64,000 bases of DNA from Chloroflexota bacterium. Its GTDB lineage: Bacteria > Chloroflexota > UBA11872 > JBHOQS01. Where the stretch lies: NCBI GenBank assembly GCA_042408875.1, contig JBHOQS010000025.1, positions 41,391-105,390 of the forward strand. The letters are read 5' to 3'. Position numbers and translations under genes: made by a program. Positions 55,733 to 64,000 of this stretch are shown here, in pieces. Positions within the stretch are counted from its first letter, which is position 1, and every line of letters starts with the position of its first letter. The notes beneath the pieces were generated by a model, which ran no database searches, was not told the origin of the DNA, and worked only from the letters and a program-made list of their open reading frames with translations.

Positions 55733-56860
55733 CTAGGCATTCGGTTTCAGCAGGCGCTCTCCGTAGACCTCGAGCGCCGACTCGACGAAAACACGGCGGT
55801 GGAGCCCCACGGGGAGCTCCTGCACCATGTCGAACGGGCTGCCGAATTCCCAGTGGGGGAAGTTGCCGGAGAACAGCAGCGTGCGCGGCGCCTCGATCAT
55901 CTCCAGCACCTGGTGCAGGTACTTGGCCTGAGGGGCTCGCTCCAGCGGATAGGTGGTGTGGTAGAAATGGCCCAGGATGTACTCGCTGGGCGGCCGCACC
56001 ACCCACGGCGTCTCAGCGCGCTGTGCCTTCCAGTTCTTATCGAAGCGCCACATCACATGCGGCACCCAGAACACCCCGCCTTCGTACAGCACGACTTTAA
56101 GCCCCGGGAACTTCTGGAACACGCCCTCCGTGATCATGCTCATGATGTGCGCCATGTAGCTCTGCGGGAGGGACACGTAGTACTCATAGTATGTCGAAGG
56201 ATAGCCCACCGCAGTGGGCGGCATGGAGGTGCCGGCGCCCTCGCCGCCGATGTGCAAGGCGAGCGGCAGGCTGTGTCGCACGCACGCTTCGTAGACAGGA
56301 TGAAAGTGCCGGCGACCGAAGGGAAACTCCCCGGCGCTGCCCATCAGCACCTGCACGAACCCCGGCTCGTTGCCCAGGCGATCGATCTCCGCGGCTGCCT
56401 TGAGCGGATCCTGGGGCGCAACCAGGATCGAGCCCTTGAAGCAGTCGTACGGCTTCAGCCAGCGGTGTAACGTCCAGTCATTGTAAGCGCTGGCGATGGC
56501 AGCGGCGAAATCCGGGTTCGGCTGCACGCCGATCGCCAGCATCTGGGGCTGCGCCGTCAGGATGGCGAGGTCCACGCCGTAGCGCTCAAGATAGTGCTCC
56601 TTCACCCAGGCCGGGTCGGAGGCCGGATGCGCGCCGCTTGGCGGGCGCGGTGCTGCGCCAAAGGGCGCGCCCACCGGCTTGTAGCCGTGCCGGGCCATCG
56701 CCGGACCGCCGCGCTTGACGATGCGGTGCCGGAAGTTCGGGTCGGCGAACGGCGCGACTTCCTCCCAGTTCATAAGCTGGTGGTGTAGGTCGGTATCGAT
56801 GATCCGCAGCGCGGCCGGATCGCGGCCGACCGCGCGCTGCTCGGGCGCTGTGGCGATCAT
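55733..56860 (-). CDS. amidohydrolase-2 family (ACMSD/LigJ-like metal-dependent hydrolase), paralog B
   Basis: IIDTDLHHQ... metal-binding HxH-type motif. 375 aa from the internal ATG that overlaps the upstream stop (ATGA). Confidence 0.6.
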   Translation of the reverse strand: MIATAPEQRAVGRDPAALRIIDTDLHHQLMNWEEVAPFADPNFRHRIVKRGGPAMARHGYKPVGAPFGAAPRPPSGAHPASDPAWVKEHYLERYGVDLAILTAQPQMLAIGVQPNPDFAAAIASAYNDWTLHRWLKPYDCFKGSILVAPQDPLKAAAEIDRLGNEPGFVQVLMGSAGEFPFGRRHFHPVYEACVRHSLPLALHIGGEGAGTSMPPTAVGYPSTYYEYYVSLPQSYMAHIMSMITEGVFQKFPGLKVVLYEGGVFWVPHVMWRFDKNWKAQRAETPWVVRPPSEYILGHFYHTTYPLERAPQAKYLHQVLEMIEAPRTLLFSGNFPHWEFGSPFDMVQELPVGLHRRVFVESALEVYGERLLKPNA

Positions 56861-57987
56861 CACTTCCTCCGGTTCGGCGCCAAGAGGCGCGGGCCATACA
56901 TCTCCAGCGCGTTCTCGACGAAGATCCGTCGCTTCAGGTCGGGCGGGAAGAACGAGAAGGCAGTCAGCGGATTGTCGAAGTCCCAATGCGGGTAGTCGCT
57001 GCTGAAGATGACCGTCTTCTCAGCGTGCAGCATCTCAAACATCTGGAGGAGATGCTTGGGGTTCTTCGGCTCCTCGATCGGCTGCGTGCTGTAGTAGACG
57101 TGCCCGACGAAATACTCGCTCGGAAGCTGTTTCAGGTACGGCACCTCGGCCTTGAGCGCGTCGTAGCAGCGGTCGAGCCGCCACATCACGTACGGCGCCC
57201 AGCAGATGCCGCCTTCGATGAAGGCGAACTTCAGCGTAGGAAAGCGCTCGAACACTCCTTCGGTAATAAGGCTGACGCAGTGCGCCATCATGGTTTGGGA
57301 GTGGTCGGTGTGGAACTCCAGGTACGTGCTTGGATAGCCGACCGATGTCGGCGGATTGCCGATGCCGGTGCCTTCGGCGCCGACGTGAATGGCCACCGGC
57401 AGGTCGTGCTCACAGGCGGCCTCGTAGATAGGCCAGTAGTAGTGCTGGCCGTACGGGATGCGGGCGGCGCTGGACATGAGCACCTGCACCATGCCGGGAT
57501 CGTCGCCCAGGCGGTGGATCTCCCGCACGGCGGCCGACGCGTCGTGGGGCGTGATCAAGATCGACCCCTTGAAGCAATCGTACGGACGCACCCACTTCTC
57601 TAGCACCCAGTCGTTATAAGCGCTGGTGAGAGCGGCCAGAAAGCGCGTGTCGTGCTGGATGCCTACGCTGATGAGGGTGCCAGTGAGCACGCCGATGTCG
57701 ATGCGGTACCTGGTCATGAGCTGCTGGATCACCCAGTCGGGATCACCAGCACACAGGCCATCCTGCTCGCGCACGACATCGTCCATCCGGCCGCTGCCCA
57801 TGTTGGCATAGGCCCGCGCCGCGAAGCCAGGCCCGCCGTGCTCTAGCCAGGCGTGCCAACGCCTGTCCAAGAAGGGGAGGAGCTCGCGATAGCTCGGCAG
57901 GTCCTGGTGAACGTCGGTATCGATGAGGAAGAGTGAGCGCGCCCGCTCCTGAACGTCGTGGGGCGTTGCCGTTGTTGCGACCGCCAT
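56860..57987 (-). CDS. amidohydrolase-2 family (ACMSD/LigJ-like metal-dependent hydrolase), paralog A
   Basis: LIDTDVHQD.... 375 aa. Clear paralogue of the downstream gene. Confidence 0.6.
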   Translation of the reverse strand: MAVATTATPHDVQERARSLFLIDTDVHQDLPSYRELLPFLDRRWHAWLEHGGPGFAARAYANMGSGRMDDVVREQDGLCAGDPDWVIQQLMTRYRIDIGVLTGTLISVGIQHDTRFLAALTSAYNDWVLEKWVRPYDCFKGSILITPHDASAAVREIHRLGDDPGMVQVLMSSAARIPYGQHYYWPIYEAACEHDLPVAIHVGAEGTGIGNPPTSVGYPSTYLEFHTDHSQTMMAHCVSLITEGVFERFPTLKFAFIEGGICWAPYVMWRLDRCYDALKAEVPYLKQLPSEYFVGHVYYSTQPIEEPKNPKHLLQMFEMLHAEKTVIFSSDYPHWDFDNPLTAFSFFPPDLKRRIFVENALEMYGPRLLAPNRRK

Positions 57988-58134
57988 GAGGGCCTCCTAG
58001 TATGCTGCAATGGCCGGTCCCGGTGCTCGTCCAAGAACATCGAGCGAATGTGCGCTGATTATACGCGATGCGGAGACAGGCTGTCTGCGCGTTTTAGGGT
58101 TTTAGGTTGGTGGAGGCATGCCATATGCCATCCA

Positions 58135-58300
58135 TCATGGGGCCGGGCTTGCTGCGCCTGCGGTTGAGGCAGCACGGAGCCCGCCGGTAAACTCGGCCCC
58201 GCCGCCCGCCCGGTTCGCGGCTACCAGATCGCCGCCCTGCGCCCGCAGGATGCGCCTGACAATGGTCAGACCGAGGCCTGGAGAGCCGCTCATGCCGGCG
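58135..58300 (-). pseudogene. remnant of a sensor histidine kinase C-terminus (HATPase_c G2/G3 boxes only)
   Basis: ...GSPGLGLTIVRRILRAQGGDLVAANRAGGGAEFTGGL... has no DHp/H-box or N-terminal part in any frame upstream. Confidence 0.35.
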
Positions 58301-58823
58301 CCGGGCTTTACGCGAGGCAGGGTTCTCGTCAGTGGATAGCGCAGGCACGACCAGGTTGCCGGCCTGATCGTGCCGAGCCAGGCCCAGGGGTCGCCGTGGC
58401 TCCAGCGACGATGCCTCCTGCTGGACACGCGGCGCCAAGGTTCCCCTTACTGGCATCACCTGGGCCTTGCGTGAAGCGCTGCATGCACGAGGGAACGCCC
58501 GGCTCACTACCACATCCCCCGGCCGGGCTTATGATGGCGTGCCTTCCTGCCTTCCTGCGCGACGCTCCGCCCAATAGGCGGGGGCTGGCAGATAGCACTG
58601 CTATCTGAGCCCTGACCGGGCCTGCGGGCTGCCCTGCCTGCGTGGAGCAGAGCCGGCGCAGGTGGAGCGGGGCAGGCCCAGAGGGCGCTCTACCCCGCTC
58701 CTGCCTGGGCAGCCTCTGTCCAGGCAGTTCGGAACGGGTACTCACGCGCCGGGCCGGCAGAGATCATGCCCCCCTGGGCGGCGCGACTTCTGGAGAGAGC
58801 GCACCAGCGCTCTCTCCGACGCT

Positions 58824-59117
58824 CTAGCTCTCCCGCGCGGCCAGCCGCTGCCGCGCAACGGCCACGCAGGTCACACTGGTGGGCATATCGCCGGCACGGT
58901 ACGAGGCCACGAGACACCCGTCGATCCATACGGCGAAGTCGAGTTCTTCCACCGGGGCGAGCGTGAGCGTGCCGATCTGAAGGTCAAGCTCAGCGAAGAG
59001 GCGGCGCGCCAGTTGCAGCGCCTGGTCCTCGAACTCGCCCGGATGATACGTAATAACGATATCAACTACCGGCCCGTCGTAGGCTGGCAGATGCGGTGCA
59101 TCGAGAGGGGCGGCCAC
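58824..59117 (-). CDS. hypothetical small protein
   Basis: 97-aa ORF with balanced composition. Followed by an 11-bp stem hairpin GGAGAGAGCGC-acca-GCGCTCTCTCC at 58791-58816. Confidence 0.3.
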   Translation of the reverse strand: MAAPLDAPHLPAYDGPVVDIVITYHPGEFEDQALQLARRLFAELDLQIGTLTLAPVEELDFAVWIDGCLVASYRAGDMPTSVTCVAVARQRLAARES

Positions 59118-59510
59118 TGCCTTATAGGTTAGCTTATAGCTGCGAGTGCCTCAACGTGCTCCTCGGAACGCTTGCTGCACGCCAGGGCTAGTGTAGTCGA
59201 GCAAAGGGCAGCCTGCAACCCCCGGTGCATCCAGGCATCGTGTGTCTGGTCCACTGGCGCTGTTACTCTGCAGTACCGTTGCACAGTCCGCCCCCCGGAA
59301 CCGGGACCTCCCCTGGCTCTGGGAAAGCACCTCTTGGAGCCCCGCCACCGTTTCGGGTTAGAATACAGAAGCTGTGCCCCAGCATTTTTCTGGTTAATAA
59401 GCGCAGTGCTGTTCAACGGGAGGCGTAGAGCTGATACAGCGCTCTGTCTATGTCCATGCTGCCTATACCACGACAGGGCACAGCGCTGGTCGACGAGAGG
59501 CGTAGAGCTC

Positions 59511-60431
59511 ATGCAACGATACCTGATTCGGCGCCTTGTGTGGATGGTTCCGGTGCTGTTCTTTGTGGCTCTAGCGACCTTCAGCCTGATGCACGCGGTG
59601 CCGGGCGGCCCCTTCGATCGGGAGAACCGCTCGCTGCCGCCGGCAACGATCGAGAACCTCAGGCGCCGCTACGGTCTCGACCGGCCTCTCCCGGAGCAGT
59701 TCCTGCGCTTCCTGGGCAATGCGCTGCGTGGCGATCTCGGCGTCAGCTATCAGTACCAGGATCGCCCGGTCACACAGGTGCTGCTGCAGGGCCTGCCGCG
59801 CACAGCGACGCTTGGCCTGATTGCGCTGGCCATTGCCCTCTGCATCGGGATCCCGCTGGGCACGCTTGCGGCGCTGCGCCAGAATAGCTGGGTGGACTAC
59901 TTGAGCCTCTTTCTCGCCACCGCGGGCGCAAGTGTTCCCAACTTCGTCGTCGCCATCGTCCTGGTGATTATCTTTTCTGTGTGGCTGCACCAGCTCCCTA
60001 CGGGTGGGTGGGGTACGCCGAAGCATCTGCTCATGCCGGCCATCGCGCTGGCCTTTGGCCCGACGGCCTATATCGCCCGCATGACGCGGGCGAGCATGCT
60101 GGACGCCATCCGGCAGGATTACGTGCGCACCGCCCGCGCCAAGGGGCTGCCGGAGCGCACGGTGATCACGCGCCACGCCTTGCCGAACGCGCTGATCCCC
60201 GTGCTGACGGTTGTGGGGCCGATCACGGCCAATCTGCTCCTGGGTTCCTTCATTATCGAGAGCATCTTCTCGATCCCAGGGATTGGCCGGGAGTACGTGC
60301 AGTCGATTGGGGCGCGCGACTATGCCATGATCATGGGCACGACGCTTTTCTACGCTATGGCGATTGCCGTTGCCAACCTGATCGTGGACCTGTTGTACGG
60401 GGTGGTAGATCCGCGTATCCGGTACAGTTGA
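59511..60431 (+). CDS. ABC transporter permease, Opp/Dpp/Nik family (B-type subunit)
   Basis: MQRYLIRRLVWMVPVLFFVALATFSLMHAVPGGPFD is the OppB/DppB/NikB N-terminal signature; 6 TM. Confidence 0.8.
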   Translation: MQRYLIRRLVWMVPVLFFVALATFSLMHAVPGGPFDRENRSLPPATIENLRRRYGLDRPLPEQFLRFLGNALRGDLGVSYQYQDRPVTQVLLQGLPRTATLGLIALAIALCIGIPLGTLAALRQNSWVDYLSLFLATAGASVPNFVVAIVLVIIFSVWLHQLPTGGWGTPKHLLMPAIALAFGPTAYIARMTRASMLDAIRQDYVRTARAKGLPERTVITRHALPNALIPVLTVVGPITANLLLGSFIIESIFSIPGIGREYVQSIGARDYAMIMGTTLFYAMAIAVANLIVDLLYGVVDPRIRYS

Positions 60432-60462
60432 GACCGGCGAGACCTGCCGGCAAGGACCGAAG

Positions 60463-61482
60463 GTGGCAACGATGAGCTCGCAGGACTCTCCACGCTCTCC
60501 GACTTCCGAGCAGGCGGTGCCGCAGCTCGGCGACGCCAGCGCTGCCGCACCAGCGGTCCCGGCTGCCGCGGCCGTGCCGCTGCCCGGGCCCGGCGTAGCC
60601 GGCATCGGCGCACGGCGGCATGCCAGTCTGTGGGGGGACGCCTGGCGACGGCTGCTACGGAACCGGCTGGCCGTCTTGGGCGGCGCCGCCGTTCTGGTCT
60701 TGATCCTGGTAGCGCTCTTCGCCGACCGGCTGGCGCCGTATGACCCGGCGCAGCAGCATTATGAGTTCGTGCAGCAGGGCCCGTCGGCGCGCTTTCTGCT
60801 AGGCACCGATCTGCTCGGCCGTGACGTGCTGTCCCGGTTGATTTACGGGGCCCGTGTGTCGGTCACCGTCGGCATCTTCAGCCAGCTCATCGTCCTGTTG
60901 ATCGGAGTGCCGGTGGGCGCCGTGGCGGCACTGGCCGGGGGGCGCATCGATAATTTGCTGATGCGCTTCACCGATATCGTGTATGCGTTCCCTGACCTCT
61001 TGTTCATCATCCTGTTGAGTACGGTGCTGAGCCAGCACCCCATCAAGCAGGTAATGGGAGGGATGCTGGTGATCTTCTTCGCCATCGGCATCGTGGCGTG
61101 GGTCGGTATGGCGCGCCTGGTGCGCGGGCAGATGCTCTCGCTGCGGGAGAAGGAGTTCGTCGAGGCGGCGCGGGCCCTGGGCGCCAGCGAGGCGCGCATC
61201 CTGTGGAAGCATCTCCTGCCGAACGCACTGGGCCCGATCATCGTCGCGCTCACCTTCGGCATCCCCGGCGCGATCTTCGCCGAGGCAGCCCTCTCGTATA
61301 TCGGTATCGGCATTACGCCGCCGATGCCGAGCTGGGGGGCGATGGTCCACGACGGCTACGGGGCGATCTTTGGCTCGACCCACCTTGTGGTGGCGCCTGC
61401 CGCCGCCATCGCCATGACCATGATGGCGTTCACCTTCTTAGGCGACGGCCTGCGCGATGCCCTGGACCCGCGCATGAAGTGA
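60463..61482 (+). CDS. ABC transporter permease, Opp/Dpp/Nik family (C-type subunit)
   Basis: ...LLGTDLLGRDVLSRLIYGARVS... is the OppC/DppC/NikC signature. Confidence 0.8.
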   Translation: MATMSSQDSPRSPTSEQAVPQLGDASAAAPAVPAAAAVPLPGPGVAGIGARRHASLWGDAWRRLLRNRLAVLGGAAVLVLILVALFADRLAPYDPAQQHYEFVQQGPSARFLLGTDLLGRDVLSRLIYGARVSVTVGIFSQLIVLLIGVPVGAVAALAGGRIDNLLMRFTDIVYAFPDLLFIILLSTVLSQHPIKQVMGGMLVIFFAIGIVAWVGMARLVRGQMLSLREKEFVEAARALGASEARILWKHLLPNALGPIIVALTFGIPGAIFAEAALSYIGIGITPPMPSWGAMVHDGYGAIFGSTHLVVAPAAAIAMTMMAFTFLGDGLRDALDPRMK

Positions 61483-61507
61483 CCGGACGAGCGAGGCAGG
61501 TAGAGCG

Positions 61508-63076
61508 ATGACAGCGGCGCCCCTGGGACGGGTGCTGATGGTGCAGGGCACAGCGTCTTCTGTGGGGAAAAGCGTGCTCGTCACCGCCCTCTGCCGCATC
61601 TTCTATCAAGACGGCTACCGCGTCGCGCCGTTCAAAGCGCAGAATATGTCAAATAATTCGTACGTTACCGCTGATGGTGGCGAGATCGGGCGTGCCCAGG
61701 TGGCCCAGGCAGAGGCCTGTGGCGTCCCCCCGGAAGTCGCCATGAACCCTGTGCTGCTTAAGCCATCTGCGGACCACACCTCCCAGGTGATCGTGCTGGG
61801 CAGGCCCGTGGCGACCATGCACGCCCGCGATTATTTCAGCGGTAGGCGCCGGCGGGAGCTTCTGCCGGTGGTGGCGGCGGCGCTAGACAGTCTGCGCCGC
61901 CGCTTCGATATCGTGGTGATCGAGGGCGCGGGCAGCCCGGTGGAGATGAACCTAAAAGACCGCGACATCGCCAACATGGCGGTGGCGAAGCTGGCGCAGG
62001 CGCCAGTGCTGCTGGTCGGAGACATCGACCGCGGTGGGGTAATGGCTGCGCTGGTCGGCACGCTGGAGCTGCTGGAGCCCGACGAGCGGGAGTTGGTAGC
62101 CGGCCTAGTGATCAATCGCTTCCGCGGCGATGTGGCACTGTTCCAGAGCGGTGTCGAGTTCCTGGAGCGTCGCACGGGCAAGCCGGTGCTCGGCATCATC
62201 CCCTACTTCCACGACATCTACATCAGCGACGAGGACGCCGTAGCCTTAGAGCGGCCAGAGCTGCGCGCGGGCGCAGGTACCGATGCTCTCAAACCAGAGA
62301 GAGCACTAGACATTGCCATCATTCACCTCCCGCGCATCTCCAACTTCGACGAGTTCGCGCCGCTGGGCCGCGAGCCCGGCGTGCGCGTGCGTTATGTCGA
62401 TCGTGCGGCGGTGTTCGGCCGTCCCGATCTGGTGATCATCCCCGGCACGAAGGCGACCATTGCCGACCTGGCCTGGCTGCGCGCCAGCGGCCTGGCCGAG
62501 CTGATCATCGCACACGCTCACCGCGGCGGACATGTGGCTGGTATCTGCGGCGGCTACCAGATGCTCGGCCGCCGCATCATCGACCCCGACGGCACGGAGT
62601 CGCCGCAGCCTGAAGCCGAGGGCCTGGGCCTGCTGGATGTGGAGACAGCCTTTGCTGGTGAGAAGGTCCTGTATCAGGTCGAGGGCGAGATTACCGCCGG
62701 CAGCGGTCCCTTCGCCGGGCTCATTGGGTGCACAGTCGAAGGCTACGAGATCCACCACGGGCGCAGCCGGGCGGCCGGGCCTCCTCTCCTGCGTCTGCGC
62801 CGCCGCGGCGGCAGGCCGGTTGCCGAACCGGACGGCACATGGAGCGTAGACGGACGTATCTGGGGCAGCTACCTGCACGGCCTCTTCGAGAATGCCGCCT
62901 TCCGCCGCAGATATCTGACCGCCCTGCGCGGTGCGCTTCCGCCGGAACCCGCAGTACAGGATGAGCCACCGGGCGAGTCAGAGCGGCGTTTTCGCCAGCA
63001 GCAGTACGACCGGCTGGCTGATCTGGTGCGCCGGAGCCTGGATATCCCGCGGATCTACCGCATTATCGGGCTCTGA
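61508..63076 (+). CDS. cobQ: cobyric acid synthase
   Basis: N-terminal ATPase domain GTASSVGKSVLVTALCRIF and C-terminal glutamine amidotransferase GICGGYQMLG...HHG (Cys-His triad). Confidence 0.85.
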   Translation: MTAAPLGRVLMVQGTASSVGKSVLVTALCRIFYQDGYRVAPFKAQNMSNNSYVTADGGEIGRAQVAQAEACGVPPEVAMNPVLLKPSADHTSQVIVLGRPVATMHARDYFSGRRRRELLPVVAAALDSLRRRFDIVVIEGAGSPVEMNLKDRDIANMAVAKLAQAPVLLVGDIDRGGVMAALVGTLELLEPDERELVAGLVINRFRGDVALFQSGVEFLERRTGKPVLGIIPYFHDIYISDEDAVALERPELRAGAGTDALKPERALDIAIIHLPRISNFDEFAPLGREPGVRVRYVDRAAVFGRPDLVIIPGTKATIADLAWLRASGLAELIIAHAHRGGHVAGICGGYQMLGRRIIDPDGTESPQPEAEGLGLLDVETAFAGEKVLYQVEGEITAGSGPFAGLIGCTVEGYEIHHGRSRAAGPPLLRLRRRGGRPVAEPDGTWSVDGRIWGSYLHGLFENAAFRRRYLTALRGALPPEPAVQDEPPGESERRFRQQQYDRLADLVRRSLDIPRIYRIIGL

Positions 63077-63147
63077 GCACGCCGCGGCGGCTGTCCGAGA
63101 CAGCCGCCGCGTGAAGACACCCACGGGAAGGTATACAGCCAGAAGCC

Positions 63148-63963
63148 CTATCGCTGCTGGAGCGCGAGGTCGAACTCCATCGCCGCGCCCATCTGGCGTT
63201 GGCCGGCCGGATCAGTCAGCCGCACTCCGCCGCGGCCCTGGGCGCCGAGCAGACGTCCCTGCGGGATATGGAAGCCAGAGTGGGTTTCCAGATACTGCTG
63301 CCCCCGCCACGTCTCCTGCTGGTCCCCAGCCCGCACGACCCGCTCGATTGGCACCGTGACGTTGGAGATCACATGGATCACCTGGTCGCCAGAGCCTTCC
63401 TCGTAGTGCTCGAATGTATGGTTGCTCAGCACCGCAACGGTGCCCTGGCCGGGGAGCTCCAGCGAGGCGCGCCCGCCCCATTTCATCTGGAGGCGCGGGC
63501 GCTGCGGCGGGAACACAGGCATGGCTGCCTGCAAGATGCGGGCTGCGTCAAACCCGACCGGCAGCCCGGCCGCGATCACGTCGGCTATGCCATCCATGCG
63601 CGTGATCCGCCCATCAGGGCGTACACGCAGCTCAAGCGACTTGCCCTGCACCGGATCCAGGGGCATCGGACGAGCATCCTGGGCGCCCTGAATGCGCTCG
63701 TAGGTGATCTTGAGGCGCGCCGTGCCGTCTGCGGCGACCTCTGGCACATCCACACGGAGGATCTGGCGGATCTGGAGCGTCGAAGGCGAGGCCTGTCCCG
63801 GGGCAGGCGGCGCCGCAGCGCGGATCTCCAGGGCGTACCGGAGGGTCTCGCCACGCCGAAAGCGATAGCGGAAGCCGCGCGGCCGAGCGCATGAGGCCAC
63901 CACTGGCGCAGCAAGCAGCAGGAAGAGGCGGCGAGAGAGCAGCGGCGGGAACTCGGTGTGCAT
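63148..63963 (-). CDS. hypothetical lipoprotein
   Basis: MHTEFPPLLSRRLFLLLAAPVVASC is a Tat-like/lipobox signal. No known domain. Confidence 0.4.
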   Translation of the reverse strand: MHTEFPPLLSRRLFLLLAAPVVASCARPRGFRYRFRRGETLRYALEIRAAAPPAPGQASPSTLQIRQILRVDVPEVAADGTARLKITYERIQGAQDARPMPLDPVQGKSLELRVRPDGRITRMDGIADVIAAGLPVGFDAARILQAAMPVFPPQRPRLQMKWGGRASLELPGQGTVAVLSNHTFEHYEEGSGDQVIHVISNVTVPIERVVRAGDQQETWRGQQYLETHSGFHIPQGRLLGAQGRGGVRLTDPAGQRQMGAAMEFDLALQQR

Positions 63964-64000
63964 AGGCGGCCTCCCGGCGCAGGGCATCATAGGTACAGTG

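Noticed and set aside
59571-60605. 344-aa minus-strand ORF
   Set aside because: Antisense to the Opp/Nik permease genes, with Arg/Gly/Ala-rich composition.
1-64000. CRISPR arrays, rRNA, intact tRNA, transposase, integrase or prophage genes
   Set aside because: Scanned for regularly spaced direct repeats of 24-40 bp, rRNA-like conserved stretches and IS terminal inverted repeats with transposase ORFs. None found. The only repeats are the short tandem units and the 50-bp pair reported above.

Overview
This is a 64 kb high-GC (about 66-67 %) bacterial chromosomal segment. It is densely coding and carries housekeeping genes (recA, purA, pyrF, cobQ, cobA/sirC-like, an M20 peptidase), two tandem ECF sigma/anti-sigma pairs, and a Fur-family regulator next to a P1B-4 (SPC/HEGxT) metal-exporting ATPase. 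It also holds a complete, compact ubiquitin-like/proteasome cluster on the minus strand: AAA ATPase (Mpa/ARC), Dop, a small basic Pup homologue ending RYRQRSGE (the UBact-type tail rather than the actinobacterial GGQ/GGE), PrcB, PrcA and PafA. A PAC2-family gene lies about 20 kb away. Few intergenic regions are sharply AT-rich and promoter-like, and several contain short tandem repeats or long palindromes. No rRNA, tRNA, CRISPR array, transposase or integrase was seen. The best candidate for an undescribed system is a lower-GC (about 57 %) four-gene minus-strand cassette at 50.6-52.8 kb. It encodes a MauE/DoxX-family membrane protein, a membrane-anchored TlpA/MauD-like thioredoxin (CQPC), a Tat-signal small protein with 15 Cys in a 70-aa mature part (including a ferredoxin-like CxxCxxCxxxC spacing), and a 174-aa internally duplicated protein. 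The cassette sits between two 50-bp direct repeats of about 80 % identity that both lie upstream of thiol-redox transcription units (this cassette and a DCC/DUF393 gene), and a LuxR-type regulator lies immediately upstream. Gene-start coordinates were refined by eye from the ORF track (SD motifs, known N-termini) and carry some uncertainty.
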